Below are positions 9,471 through 19,651 of a DNA stretch of 64,000 nucleotides, in pieces (positions within the stretch are counted from its first letter, which is position 1; each line of letters begins with the position of its first letter). The position numbers were made by a program, and so were the translations under genes. A model generated the notes under the pieces. The model was not told where the DNA came from, did not search any database, and saw only the letters and a list, made by a program, of their open reading frames with translations. Source of the DNA: Candidatus Caldarchaeum subterraneum (GTDB lineage: Archaea > Thermoproteota > Nitrososphaeria_A > Caldarchaeales > Caldarchaeaceae); NCBI GenBank assembly GCA_000270325.1, contig BA000048.1, positions 1,605,481-1,669,480 of the forward strand, read 5' to 3'.

Positions 9471-9998
9471 TTATTTCGACGCCCTGTATTGGTGGGGGAA
9501 TATCTGTCGCAGAAACATGTCCACTTTTGCGGTTTGGTCGGGTGGAATTTCGTAGGTCTGTTTGCCTCCGTCTCGGGCAACTATTTTGAGAACACCGTTG
9601 CCCGAAAGCTCTATTTCCCCAACATTGGTGGGCTTAAGCAACTTTGCTTGGCCAAATTTTTTCACACCCAGCATCCTCTTGTTCTCCTCAAGAATGGCAA
9701 CCGCCTCCTCCAGAGAACGGCCAGCCAAAGACAATTCAGCCACATCATCTTTTTTCAAAGCGTTCTTCAACTCCTCAACCCATACGTTCACCATGTTTGT
9801 CAAAATGTCACCAGTGCTGCCGATTTTCCATGGCGGCAGGTGTCGCACATGGTCTGTTTCAAGGAACATCAGCCCGGTGTCACATAAAAAGAGAAAATAT
9901 CTCCTATAGCCACCGCCGAGTGTTTTCATTGAAAAAACTCTTCTCCAAACCTCCGTAAAGTTGAGAACAGTATTCATATATGGGAAGAGAATTGCCAT
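9471..9998 (-). CDS. hypothetical protein
   Basis: fills the gap between neighbours with natural composition; no recognised motif. Confidence 0.55.
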   Translation of the reverse strand: MAILFPYMNTVLNFTEVWRRVFSMKTLGGGYRRYFLFLCDTGLMFLETDHVRHLPPWKIGSTGDILTNMVNVWVEELKNALKKDDVAELSLAGRSLEEAVAILEENKRMLGVKKFGQAKLLKPTNVGEIELSGNGVLKIVARDGGKQTYEIPPDQTAKVDMFLRQIFPHQYRASK

Positions 9999-10110
9999 CC
10001 TAAATCATTTTTCGCAATTTGCTCTGTTGTGTGAGGCCCGTGAAGTCGGCGGCGGTTGAGGTTGAGCATCGGTTCGATAACTTAAAATTAGCATTTTTAA
10101 TGGGCATAAA

Positions 10111-10551
10111 TTGATGAGAGGTGGAGGCCAAGTTAGGAATCCTTCACGGGATGTGAAGGGGCTTGGCAGACACCTGATTTTGGAGCTCACTGGATGCGAC
10201 CAGCGCCTACTAAGCGATGTCGATTTCCTCGATGATTTGTTGACCAAGGCGGCTGTCGCCAGCGGCGCAACTATTGTCGGCAAGTATTCTGAAAGGTTTG
10301 ACCATGGACAAGGCGTCTCGGCGATAATTGTCTTAAAGGAGAGTCACATCTCGATACATACTTGGCCTGAGCTTGGCTACGCAGCCCTCGATATATACAC
10401 TTGCGGAGAAAACATTGACCCATGGAAGGCCTACGACCTCATCATCGCGAGGCTTGAGCCTGAAAACGTTGGAGCTTTCGAGGTCGTCAGAGGACTGAAT
10501 GTTTTGAGAAAAAACCTTCAGCTCCAGAAAGCCTCGATAAGAGATGGGTAA
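10111..10551 (+). CDS. speD: pyruvoyl-dependent S-adenosylmethionine decarboxylase proenzyme
   Basis: GRHL, ESHISIHTWPE and DIYTCG; overlaps speE. Confidence 0.88.
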   Translation: MMRGGGQVRNPSRDVKGLGRHLILELTGCDQRLLSDVDFLDDLLTKAAVASGATIVGKYSERFDHGQGVSAIIVLKESHISIHTWPELGYAALDIYTCGENIDPWKAYDLIIARLEPENVGAFEVVRGLNVLRKNLQLQKASIRDG

Positions 10552-11455
10552 GCCGTCAAACTGGTACAGGGAGCAGATTAGCGAGTCCCTGCTCGAGTCC
10601 TACAAGGTAGTCAGACATATTTACAGTGGAAAAACACGGTACCAGAAGGTCGAGATACTGGATACAGAACCATTTGGCAGTTGCTTGCTACTTGATGGAA
10701 AAATGCAGTCATCTCTTCTAGACGAGCATATTTACCATGAAACCCTTGTCCACCCAGCCATGTGCCTGAGCGGAGAGCCCCGACGTGTGGTCATCATAGG
10801 AGGTGGAGAAGGCGCAACTTTGAGGGAGGTTCTCAGGTGGCGGACCGTCGAAGAAGCATATATGATAGACCTGGATAGAGAAGTTGTCGAACTTTGTCAA
10901 AAATATTTACCCACACTCTCGGCTGGTGCATTCAACGACCAGAGGCTTAGGCTGTTTTTTATGGATGGAAGACGGTGGGTGGCTGAGAAGCTTGAGGACA
11001 GTGTTGACGTATTCATAATCGATGTCACGGACCCGCTCGAACAAGGCCCCTCTTATCTGCTATATACGAGGGAGTTTTATCAACTCCTGTCGTCAAAACT
11101 CTCGGAAAATGGCGTGATTGCCACTCAAGCTACGTCGCCGACACATACCCCGCTCGCCTACCAGTCGATTAAAAAAACGATGCAGACAATATTCCCCTAT
11201 GTATCTGAGCTGGCCACTTATGTTGTATCATTCTCCGCCGTGTGGGGGTTCCTCTACGGCTCCAAAGGGGGTGGACTCTCGTCTCTCGGGAGGAATGAGG
11301 TGGATGAGAGGTTGAAGATGGCTGAGGTCAAGGGCCTGAGGTTCTACAGCGGGTCAACACATGAAGCGCTTAAAGAATTGACGAGACACTACGTAACCCT
11401 CAGGAGCGTGGAGGCACGCATCATCAGAGATTCTGAGCCCTTATTCGTTAAGTGA
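10544..11455 (+). CDS. speE: polyamine aminopropyltransferase (spermidine synthase)
   Basis: LDGKMQS, DE.IYHE.LVHP, IGGGEG and DVTDP. Confidence 0.93.
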   Translation: MGKPSNWYREQISESLLESYKVVRHIYSGKTRYQKVEILDTEPFGSCLLLDGKMQSSLLDEHIYHETLVHPAMCLSGEPRRVVIIGGGEGATLREVLRWRTVEEAYMIDLDREVVELCQKYLPTLSAGAFNDQRLRLFFMDGRRWVAEKLEDSVDVFIIDVTDPLEQGPSYLLYTREFYQLLSSKLSENGVIATQATSPTHTPLAYQSIKKTMQTIFPYVSELATYVVSFSAVWGFLYGSKGGGLSSLGRNEVDERLKMAEVKGLRFYSGSTHEALKELTRHYVTLRSVEARIIRDSEPLFVK

Positions 11456-11493
11456 CAGCACCGTTGGCAGCAGACGACCATTCCGCGGTTTTC

Positions 11494-12271
11494 TTATTTT
11501 GGTTTTTGTAAAAAGGCGGGTATGAATTGTTTTCTGAGATATCCGCTTAGAAGGTCTATGGCTACTACCGTCACGAGGGTGAGAAGCAGCGCGGTTGTTA
11601 GGCTGCTGTACTGTAGTGACTCGATGTAGCTTATCATGAGTAGCCCGATTCCGCCTGCTCCAACGAACCCGAGGACTGTTGACGACCTTATGTTGTACTC
11701 GAACATGAACAGTAGCTGGCTGATGATTGTGTTCATCGACTCCGGGATTATGGCGTGTCGTACGATGAGTAGGCGCGGGGCTTTTGTTACACGTATTGCG
11801 TCGAGGACCTCTGGGTCGACTGCTTCGAAGGCCTCGTAGTAGATTTTGGATAGGTAGCCGAAGGTGTATACAGCTATGGCGAGTGTGCCGGCAAGCGGCC
11901 CGAGCCCCACTGCGATGACGAAGACCACGGCCCAGAAAAGGACCGGAATGGTGCGCACAAAGCCGAAGAATGCTCTGACGACCGTGGTTAAAGTGTGAGA
12001 AAACATGTTGCGCATGGCCAGCGCCGAGAACGGTAGAGCAAACACAAACCCCAGCACTGTTCCGACAAATGCTATTTGAATGGTTTCCACCAGCCCCGTC
12101 GCCGCCTCTGCGACGACCGCAGGATTGGGTGGAACCATCTCTGTTAAAAGGTTGCCGAGGTTGACCGCGCCCTTTGAAAGCCTGCTGAAGTCTGTGAGTC
12201 CGAGGCGGGCGGCTGAGTAGACGAAAACCGCGACGGTTAGCAGTATTGTGATTTGTTTAGCGAAATTTCAT
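11494..12271 (-). CDS. phnE: phosphonate/phosphate ABC permease; 5' end irregular (apparent extra base after the ATG)
   Basis: RTIP, FEYNIRSST.LG.VGAGGIG; the frame stays open upstream to the phnC stop. Confidence 0.85.
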
Positions 12272-12993
12272 TCCGCTGGTCCACCGCCGAGAATTGCTGA
12301 AAGCTCTTTGATGCTTATCTGGTTTCCCGGCATTTCGGTCATTATTTTTCCATCCTTCAGTACAGCAACCCGGTCTGCGAATTTGTTGACAAGGTATGTG
12401 TCATGCATGGTCATGACGAGGGCGATGTTGTTTCGTCTGCATATTTTTGTGGTGAGCTCCATGACTTCATATGCGTTGATGACGTCGAGGTCTGAGACAA
12501 ACTCGTCGGCGAGCAGTATTGAGGGGTTCTGCATAAGGGCCCGTGCGACGGCTACTCTTTGTCTCTCTCCTCCGCTGAGTAGGCCTGCTTTCCGGTCAGC
12601 GGCCTCCGCCAAGCCAAGGTCTTCCAAAAGCTGATAAGCTTTCACAAACACTTCTTGTGGGAATTTGCCGAATAAGCCGGGAAAAATTCCTATTTTTCCG
12701 AGAGCGCCGTGTGCAACGTTTTGCACTGCTGTGAGGTTTTTGACTAGGCCTACGTTTTGGGGGATGTAGCCTATTCCGCCTTTGGCGTCGTGGGTTTTCA
12801 CGGTGCCTTGGTATGGATACAGGAGCCCTGCGACGATTTTGAGGAGGGTTGTTTTGCCCGAGCCTGAGTACCCCATTATGGCGAGTGTTTCTCCCGCTGA
12901 GAGGTCGAGGTCTAAGCCGTCAAGAATTTTTCTGCGGCCGTCGTATGAGAAGCTCAGTCCCCGGATTGTCAGCACCCTGCCCATTTCAGCCAA
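12268..12993 (-). CDS. phnC: phosphonate/phosphate ABC ATPase
   Basis: GYSGSGKTT, LSGGERQR and LADE. Confidence 0.88.
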   Translation of the reverse strand: MAEMGRVLTIRGLSFSYDGRRKILDGLDLDLSAGETLAIMGYSGSGKTTLLKIVAGLLYPYQGTVKTHDAKGGIGYIPQNVGLVKNLTAVQNVAHGALGKIGIFPGLFGKFPQEVFVKAYQLLEDLGLAEAADRKAGLLSGGERQRVAVARALMQNPSILLADEFVSDLDVINAYEVMELTTKICRRNNIALVMTMHDTYLVNKFADRVAVLKDGKIMTEMPGNQISIKELSAILGGGPAE

Positions 12994-13942
12994 CCTTCTC
13001 CGAGTATCTTAGGTTTGTGAGCTCAAGATATCTCTGCAGCCCTCCGAGATGTTTCTCGGATGTCGTGGGCTCAAATCTGACAAAGAGCGCGGATACAAAC
13101 TGTTTCATCAAGGCTGGTTCTCTATCGCCCAGCTCCTGAAGGGCGTTTATTAGCCTTGAGCGTAGAGGCTCCTTCAGCTCCTTGGAGAAGACTACGGCGT
13201 GGCTTGGTATAGGGCCTTGAGAAGCTATCACCCGCGTGTTTGACATGACTTCTCTGTAAAGGGATTCAGGAATGTCTCCGGCTATGACCGCCGCGTCTAC
13301 GTCGCCGTTTTTCAGAGCTGTCCATGATTGAGCATATCCGCCTGTGAAAACTACTTGGAAGAAGGTTGAGGGGTCGGCTTCAGAGCCCTGCTTGACCTGT
13401 ATGTAGCCGAGTTCAACGAGCTTAGCGAGTGGTGCAACATATCCCGATGTCGATATGGGGCTGGGCAAAGCGACTTTCTTTCCGCGGAGGTCTTCTATGG
13501 ACTTGATTGGTGAATCGGGTAGCACGACCCAGTAGGAATAGTATTGTGGTGCTTCGACTATTTTGTCTCCCTCGCCGACAGTTCTTATCTCTGCCAGAAC
13601 AACTTCTGCGTCGGCCAGTTTCCATGCAAGGTATGAGGGCCACGCGCTCATGAACGCTGCATGAGCGTGTCCCCGTCGAAGAGATTCAACAACCGCCGCG
13701 TAGGAGGTTGGCACATATATTTCCACGTCTATGTCTGGTAGTTTCTGCTCCAGAAACGCCTCGATTGGTTTAGCTCTTTGGAGAACCTCTGCGGCGGACA
13801 ATGTGGGCTGGACGGCTATCACCAGCTTCTGTTTACTCTGAGGTTGGAGGACGACAAATCCGAAAGCGCCAGAAAGAAGCAAGCCGATGATTATTCCGGC
13901 GGTTATTAGGGCAATGCTTTGTAGTGCGGTTGAGCGCTTCAC
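12986..13942 (-). CDS. phnD: phosphonate/phosphate ABC substrate-binding protein
   Basis: N-terminal TM anchor; PTSYAAVVE and STSGY motifs. Confidence 0.88.
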   Translation of the reverse strand: MKRSTALQSIALITAGIIIGLLLSGAFGFVVLQPQSKQKLVIAVQPTLSAAEVLQRAKPIEAFLEQKLPDIDVEIYVPTSYAAVVESLRRGHAHAAFMSAWPSYLAWKLADAEVVLAEIRTVGEGDKIVEAPQYYSYWVVLPDSPIKSIEDLRGKKVALPSPISTSGYVAPLAKLVELGYIQVKQGSEADPSTFFQVVFTGGYAQSWTALKNGDVDAAVIAGDIPESLYREVMSNTRVIASQGPIPSHAVVFSKELKEPLRSRLINALQELGDREPALMKQFVSALFVRFEPTTSEKHLGGLQRYLELTNLRYSEKVG

Positions 13943-14048
13943 GTTATAACACCGTTATATCCCATGATATAAACCATTCACCGTGAAAATAATGATTCAC
14001 GTTGTTACACATCACACATATAACGCCGTGAATACTAACTAGGATAAG

Positions 14049-14792
14049 TTGAAGATACCCAAGACCGAGGAGCTTATACCTCTTCTCAGGGCGATGGTTG
14101 CAACAGAGCTTGTCACAACATATGGGCTGAAGAAAGCCGAGGTGGCGCGTCTTCTCTCCATCACCCCGCAGGCCGTCACACAGTATGTCAGAGGCGTCAG
14201 GGCTGGAGGCCGCCAAATTGCTTTGTCTCAACAACGCCTCAAAGAAATGGTGCGGGAATTTGCTAGAAAAATCGCGTTCAGGCAGAGGCCCGTCACCGAG
14301 ACAGAGCTCCTCGACCTTGCCTACGAAGTTTTGATGATTCTTGGAAAACCTTCTCCAGATAGACAGGCCATCCCAGAAGAAGCCAAGAGCCAAGCTCTAC
14401 GAGTTCTGAGAAACCGTCTCGCCGCAGAGCAGGAGGCCGCTGAGCTCTTCCTCAACGAGGCGATAAAAGCGAAAGACGAGATGGTCAGCCTCTTGTTCAG
14501 GCAAATCGCATCCGACAGCATCAGACACGCCGACATCGTGCAGACAACAATATCAGCAATCGAGAAAAATTTCTCGGGAAGCGTTCTTCCAGACCCCGAG
14601 CGTCTGCAGATGCTTCGGCAACATGAGGAGAAAAGCCATGCACAAGGGTTCGAGACAGTTAAACAGCTGTTGAAAAACGATGTTCTGAAGATTTTGCTAG
14701 ACTCCATAGATGCTGACGAGGCTAAGCATGACATGATTATTGAGAAGCTGGCGGAGCTTAGTGAGAGGCAGCTGAAGCAGTCAGCCTCTTAG
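14049..14792 (+). CDS. HTH transcriptional regulator fused to a ferritin-like domain
   Basis: N-terminal EVARLLSITPQAVTQYVRG.R HTH; C-terminal E...DSIRH and EE...DEAKH four-helix-bundle motifs. Confidence 0.75.
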   Translation: MKIPKTEELIPLLRAMVATELVTTYGLKKAEVARLLSITPQAVTQYVRGVRAGGRQIALSQQRLKEMVREFARKIAFRQRPVTETELLDLAYEVLMILGKPSPDRQAIPEEAKSQALRVLRNRLAAEQEAAELFLNEAIKAKDEMVSLLFRQIASDSIRHADIVQTTISAIEKNFSGSVLPDPERLQMLRQHEEKSHAQGFETVKQLLKNDVLKILLDSIDADEAKHDMIIEKLAELSERQLKQSAS

Positions 14793-15591
14793 CCAAAAAG
14801 ACGGCGAAGAATATGGCTGTAGCGGTTAAAGCGATGGTTCCACCCGAGCTGGCTGCAAGATAGAAGGATAGATAGAGGCCGGTGACCGCCGACGATACGC
14901 CGACCGTGACGGATATGATGAACATTTGGAGGAGGTTTTTGGCGACGAGCTGGGCGGTCGCGCCAGGTGTTATGAGCAGCGACACGACGAGGATTATTCC
15001 AACCGTTTGCAGGGACGCGATTACGGCCAGCGATATCATGACCATGAGAATATGGTGGAGAAGGTTGGCTGGTAATCCGGCTACTGAGGCGAAAACGGGG
15101 TCGAAAGTGTATGCGACGATTTCTTTAAGGAAGAGGCCGAAGAAGAGGAGTACAGCAGTGGCGACGGCTGCGGTGAGCTGCAGCTCCTCTGTTGAGACGG
15201 CGAGAACGTTTCCGAAAAGGATGTGGAAAACATCCAGAGTTGGTCTAAGCTTGCTTATCGCGACGAGGCCTAGTGCGAAGGCCCCTGTCAAAACTATGCC
15301 GATGGCTGTATCGTTTCTCACACGTGTCTTCTGCTCTATGAGTCCGATGGCGAATGAGGAGATTATGCCTGCCATGGCTCCGCCCAGCGTGAGAGGAATG
15401 TTGAAAACAGCGGCCAAGGCTAGTCCGGGTAAAACTGCGTGTGATATTGCGTCGCCGAGAAGTGCCCAGCCGCGTAGGACAATTACGACGCTGAGTGTGG
15501 ATGCGAGTATGCCGACCGCGATGGATGTGATGAATGCTGACTGCATGAAGCGGTAGGTGAGTGGTTCGAGGAAAAATTCGGCTAACGCCAT
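14758..15591 (-). CDS. Mn/Zn/Fe ABC permease (ZnuB/MntB family)
   Basis: GDAISHAVLPG and ILFGN. Confidence 0.92.
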   Translation of the reverse strand: MALAEFFLEPLTYRFMQSAFITSIAVGILASTLSVVIVLRGWALLGDAISHAVLPGLALAAVFNIPLTLGGAMAGIISSFAIGLIEQKTRVRNDTAIGIVLTGAFALGLVAISKLRPTLDVFHILFGNVLAVSTEELQLTAAVATAVLLFFGLFLKEIVAYTFDPVFASVAGLPANLLHHILMVMISLAVIASLQTVGIILVVSLLITPGATAQLVAKNLLQMFIISVTVGVSSAVTGLYLSFYLAASSGGTIALTATAIFFAVFLAKRLTASAASH

Positions 15592-16340
15592 CCCGCAACC
15601 CGCCCCACGTCGGTAAGATGCATGGCGACGCGTTCACTGCCATAGGCTGCGGCGAGGTTTTCAGCCGTCAAAACCTTCTCCGGAGACCCGAACGCTATGA
15701 CACGGTTTCGGAGTAGAAGAATATTGTCAAAGAACTCGAAGGTGCTGCTGAGGTCGTGGGTGGTCATTATCACGGTTTTGCCCATCCGTCGCAGCTCGCT
15801 TAAGATGTCGAAGAGCCTGTCCTCTGACTCGGCGTCTATGCCTGTGAGAGGCTCATCCAACAAGTAAATCTCTGCTTCTTGGGCAATCGCTCTAGCTATG
15901 AAGACCCGTTGCTGCTGTCCACCGGAGAGCTCCGAGATTTTCCTACGCATCAACCCGCTTAACCCGGTTTTCTCCAAAGCAGCCAAAACCCTCTCATCAT
16001 CTTTCTTCACACTCCTGAGATAGCCCACATCCCTTATCCTGCCCATAGCCACAACATCCCACACCGTCAAGGGATAATCCCAGTAAACCTCCTCCCTCTG
16101 AGGAACATAGGCTATCTTTCCACGCGCATCCGAGACATCAAGTCCAAGAATTTTGATGACACCTCGCCGCGGCTTGACAAGCCCGACAAGTGCTTTGAAG
16201 AGGGTGCTTTTTCCCGAGCCGTTTGGCCCGACGACGGCGGTTATCGAGCCGCGGAATATTTTGAAGGAAACATCTTCGAGAGCCACGATCTTCTCATAAG
16301 CCACAGTCAAGCCATCTACAAGAACAGCCTCGCTCAACAC
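15582..16340 (-). CDS. Mn/Zn/Fe ABC ATPase
   Basis: GPNGSGKST, YVPQR and LSGGQQQR. Confidence 0.92.
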   Translation of the reverse strand: MLSEAVLVDGLTVAYEKIVALEDVSFKIFRGSITAVVGPNGSGKSTLFKALVGLVKPRRGVIKILGLDVSDARGKIAYVPQREEVYWDYPLTVWDVVAMGRIRDVGYLRSVKKDDERVLAALEKTGLSGLMRRKISELSGGQQQRVFIARAIAQEAEIYLLDEPLTGIDAESEDRLFDILSELRRMGKTVIMTTHDLSSTFEFFDNILLLRNRVIAFGSPEKVLTAENLAAAYGSERVAMHLTDVGRVAGWR

Positions 16341-17257
16341 CCTTTCATCAACTCCCCGACAATAGTTCCAACATTCACCTTCATCATGGAGACATACGAC
16401 TCTGCACCCGAGCCCCGCGGCCCAACACCATCAACATACAACGGCCCAGCCAATCTACCGCCCGCCTCTCTCACAAGAGAGTCCAGTAGCCTGCTGGAAA
16501 GAGTCGACTCCACAAAAAATACACACACCCCCAGCTGCTTTACCTTCTCAACAGCGTGGACCATGTCTATGGGAGAAGGTTCGATCTCCGTTGCTATGGA
16601 GTAGAAGTATGCGCCCACCCGGAACCCATAGGCTCTGGCAAAATACTGGAAAGCATTCTCCTGTGTGACGAGTATTCTTTTCTCGGTCGGAAGCTGGGAG
16701 ACGGTTTCTCTAATCCATTTGTCCAGCTCCTCCAATTCACGAATGTATGCAGCTGCGTTTGCCTTGTAGATTTCGGCGTTGTCTGGGTCTTGTTCGATGA
16801 ATATGTCTCTGATGTGTTCGACGTATTTTATCGCGAGGCCTACATCCATCCACATGTGTGGGTCTTCTTTTCCGGCGTAGGGGCCGTCGGGAACCTTGAG
16901 AAGATAGGGCTCCAACCCCTCCGTAACCCTGTAAAGCTTTTCATTGTTCTGGCTGCCGAGTAGTTTAACCACCCATGCGTCGACGGCGAAGCCGTTGTAG
17001 AGGATGACCTTGGCTTTCGAGGCTTTAACCATGTCCTCGGGTGTCGGCTCATAGGTGTGGGGACTCTGCCCCGGTGCAACGATGCACTCCACATCCCAGA
17101 GTCTTCCCACCACGTTTCTGGCGAGGTCGCAGATGATAGATGTGGTAGCGAGAGCTAGTCTCGATTCTACTGGGACTGCATAATAGGGGGTGTACAGCCC
17201 CAGAGCCAATACAAAAATTGAGGCGGCTAACAGAAGCTTAGATTCGGGGAAAATCAT
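16334..17257 (-). CDS. Mn/Zn/Fe ABC substrate-binding protein (TroA/MntA family)
   Basis: PHTYEP, DPHMW, E and D metal ligands. Confidence 0.92.
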   Translation of the reverse strand: MIFPESKLLLAASIFVLALGLYTPYYAVPVESRLALATTSIICDLARNVVGRLWDVECIVAPGQSPHTYEPTPEDMVKASKAKVILYNGFAVDAWVVKLLGSQNNEKLYRVTEGLEPYLLKVPDGPYAGKEDPHMWMDVGLAIKYVEHIRDIFIEQDPDNAEIYKANAAAYIRELEELDKWIRETVSQLPTEKRILVTQENAFQYFARAYGFRVGAYFYSIATEIEPSPIDMVHAVEKVKQLGVCVFFVESTLSSRLLDSLVREAGGRLAGPLYVDGVGPRGSGAESYVSMMKVNVGTIVGELMKGC

Positions 17258-17264
17258 TTTTCTC

Positions 17265-17295
17265 GGCTATTTTTAGCCTAGGCTAAATTTAGCCT
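17265..17295. promoter_or_regulatory. overlapping palindromes, DtxR/MntR-type operator candidate
   Basis: perfect TTTAGCCTAGGCTAAA (17272-17287) and AGGCTAAATTTAGCCT (17280-17295) just upstream of the metal ABC operon. Confidence 0.7.
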
Positions 17296-17356
17296 TATCT
17301 CAAATCCATGGAAGAGCTTAATAAATCCAGCAATAAACCATTTCCGAAGCAGAACC

Positions 17357-18505
17357 TTGAGCACAGTAACAAAATATGTTATAGAGGCTCGGATTGAAGT
17401 AGACGGTCCAGTGGACAAAAACGACGTGGTGGGCGCTGTATTTGGACAAACGGAGGGGATTTTCAGCTCAGACCTCGACCTGCGGGAGCTGCAGAAAACA
17501 GGACGCATCGGCAGAATCGAGATAAACGTCACGACACAGGGCAACAAAGCCGTAGGAAAAATCATCGTCCCCACAAGCCTCGACAAATACACAACATCCC
17601 TGATAGCCGCGATGATAGAGTCCATCGACAGAGTCGGGCCCTATCAGGCACGGGCAGTCATAGAGAAGATAGAGGATACACGTTTGGAGAAAAGAAAACG
17701 CATAATCGAGAGAGCGAAGGAAATTCTGGCGGCTTGGGAGAAGCAGAAAGTGCCTGAGAATGACCTTATTCTCAGGGAGCTTGAGGACGCGATAGTCAAG
17801 ACAAAGGTCTCGGAATACGGTCCAGAGAAGCTTCCAGCCGGCCCCGACGTAGACTCGTCCGATGAGCTTATCATAGTTGAGGGAAGAGCCGACATCATCA
17901 ACCTGCTTAGATACGGTTACAAAAACACCATAGCCGTTGAGGGGGTTAAGATACCCAAATCCATCGCAGGCCTGACGAAGCGGAAGAAACGTGTGATCGC
18001 TTTTCTCGACGGCGACAGAGGAGGAGACCTCATCCTTCAGGAGCTTCTACAAAACTGTAAGATAGACGCGGTCGCAAGAGCGCCCTATGGAAAAGAGGTT
18101 GAACAGCTGACAGCCCGGGAGATTCACGAAGCCCTAGAGCACGCGGTTCCACCTTCCGAGGCCTTGAGGGCCAAGGAAATGGCGGCGGGAGCTGAGAGAA
18201 AAACCGTTCCATCGGAGCTGAAGAACTATGTAAAACAGGTTGACGGCACTTTGTCAGCTGTTTTGCTTGACCAGAACTTTAACGAGATACAGCGTATGCC
18301 TGTGAGTGAGCTTGTGACCAAGTTCGGGGAGCACAGGGATGCGAAGTATGTGGTTTTTGACGGCGTGGTTACACAGAGGCTTGTAGACCTCGCGGCATCT
18401 CTAGAGAGCGATGTCTACCTCGTGGGAGCGCGTATAGGCGATGTCCAGAACAAACCTCCCAACGTCCACATCTACACCACCAGCGAGCTAATCAACGCGT
18501 CTTAG
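17357..18505 (+). CDS. dnaG: archaeal DnaG-type (TOPRIM) protein
   Basis: GAVFGQTEG, ELQKTGRIGRI, VEGRAD and DGDRGG. Confidence 0.95.
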   Translation: MSTVTKYVIEARIEVDGPVDKNDVVGAVFGQTEGIFSSDLDLRELQKTGRIGRIEINVTTQGNKAVGKIIVPTSLDKYTTSLIAAMIESIDRVGPYQARAVIEKIEDTRLEKRKRIIERAKEILAAWEKQKVPENDLILRELEDAIVKTKVSEYGPEKLPAGPDVDSSDELIIVEGRADIINLLRYGYKNTIAVEGVKIPKSIAGLTKRKKRVIAFLDGDRGGDLILQELLQNCKIDAVARAPYGKEVEQLTAREIHEALEHAVPPSEALRAKEMAAGAERKTVPSELKNYVKQVDGTLSAVLLDQNFNEIQRMPVSELVTKFGEHRDAKYVVFDGVVTQRLVDLAASLESDVYLVGARIGDVQNKPPNVHIYTTSELINAS

Positions 18506-19567
18506 TAACGAAGGGTCCACAGAGTAGCGTAGGAAGGCAGCGACCCCACCCAGGCCATTGAGCTTATCCGTGGCCTCAGACCCCGTGGAGACGACGCGCA
18601 CAGAGGCGCCATGGGCCTCGGCCCTCTCCACCAGCTCCCAGACATCTTTATCCATGTATCTGCTCCAGAGAAAATCCTCCGAAACCAAAACCTTCTCAAC
18701 GGCACCCATCCGCAGGGCGTTAAGTGTCTCCACAAACCCGAGAGAAGCTTTCCCGGGCTCGGTAACCAGCACACGCATCAACTCCTCCACATCCATGACG
18801 TCGGCCACAGCCTTCACCTCTTCGCCCAGTTCACGCAACACGCCTCCACGAAGGAGCTCTGAAACACCGGCCTGGTCAGTGGCTGAGACAAACCCCGTCT
18901 TTTTCACACGTTGATAAAGCGTGGGTTTCTCACGTTTAAGATAGGATACAAACTCGTCCACGGTGACCGAGGGCCCGAAAACATACACTTCCTCAGCATC
19001 TTTCAGCTTTTCCGCGGCCGCTGAGTAGATTTTCTGAAGAGCTTTCTGTCTCTGGTCAGGTTCACGCTTACCCTCGGCAACGGTTTCGTGAAAAAGGACA
19101 CGCATACCCGACGGCTCTGCACGATAGACGCCCAGGCTCTCGTCATCAACCAAAACCAACGCCACACCCTTTCTTATTCCGGGGCCTCTGTAATACTTCG
19201 CCATAGCCTCGAGCCGTTGAAAATTCTTCCTACTCTCGACTGTGAGCTCATCACCAACCGAAACATGGATGCTGTGATGCTTCCCAACAAGCCCCAGCTC
19301 CCTGCTCTCATACCTGATAACACCGAGAAGGTCCAGCCTCTTCAACATAGGGTCCAAGCTCTTCTCCAAAACCTCGACACCAAGCTCCACAGCAACACGA
19401 ACACTGTCAACACTCCCATCCCGCCGCTCCTTCTTCAACTCCCTACTAGTAACAGCATACACGACATCACCCACCTCCAAAACACGGTAAATATTCAGAA
19501 GATCAAGAGTCGACTCGGGGACAACCGTCACCAAACGCTTCAAAGGGCTTATTTTAACAACCCTCAA
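18488..19567 (-). CDS. pelA: pelota/Dom34 ribosome rescue factor
   Basis: PES..DL, G.HHS, GAVEKVL and LGGVAAFLRY. Confidence 0.9.
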   Translation of the reverse strand: MRVVKISPLKRLVTVVPESTLDLLNIYRVLEVGDVVYAVTSRELKKERRDGSVDSVRVAVELGVEVLEKSLDPMLKRLDLLGVIRYESRELGLVGKHHSIHVSVGDELTVESRKNFQRLEAMAKYYRGPGIRKGVALVLVDDESLGVYRAEPSGMRVLFHETVAEGKREPDQRQKALQKIYSAAAEKLKDAEEVYVFGPSVTVDEFVSYLKREKPTLYQRVKKTGFVSATDQAGVSELLRGGVLRELGEEVKAVADVMDVEELMRVLVTEPGKASLGFVETLNALRMGAVEKVLVSEDFLWSRYMDKDVWELVERAEAHGASVRVVSTGSEATDKLNGLGGVAAFLRYSVDPSLLRRVD

Positions 19568-19651
19568 ACCAGCACCCCTAGAACAAGCGCATACATCAAC
19601 CCTCAGACCATCGGCAACTTTTTTATAACTCCTTAAAAATCCTAAAGTCGC

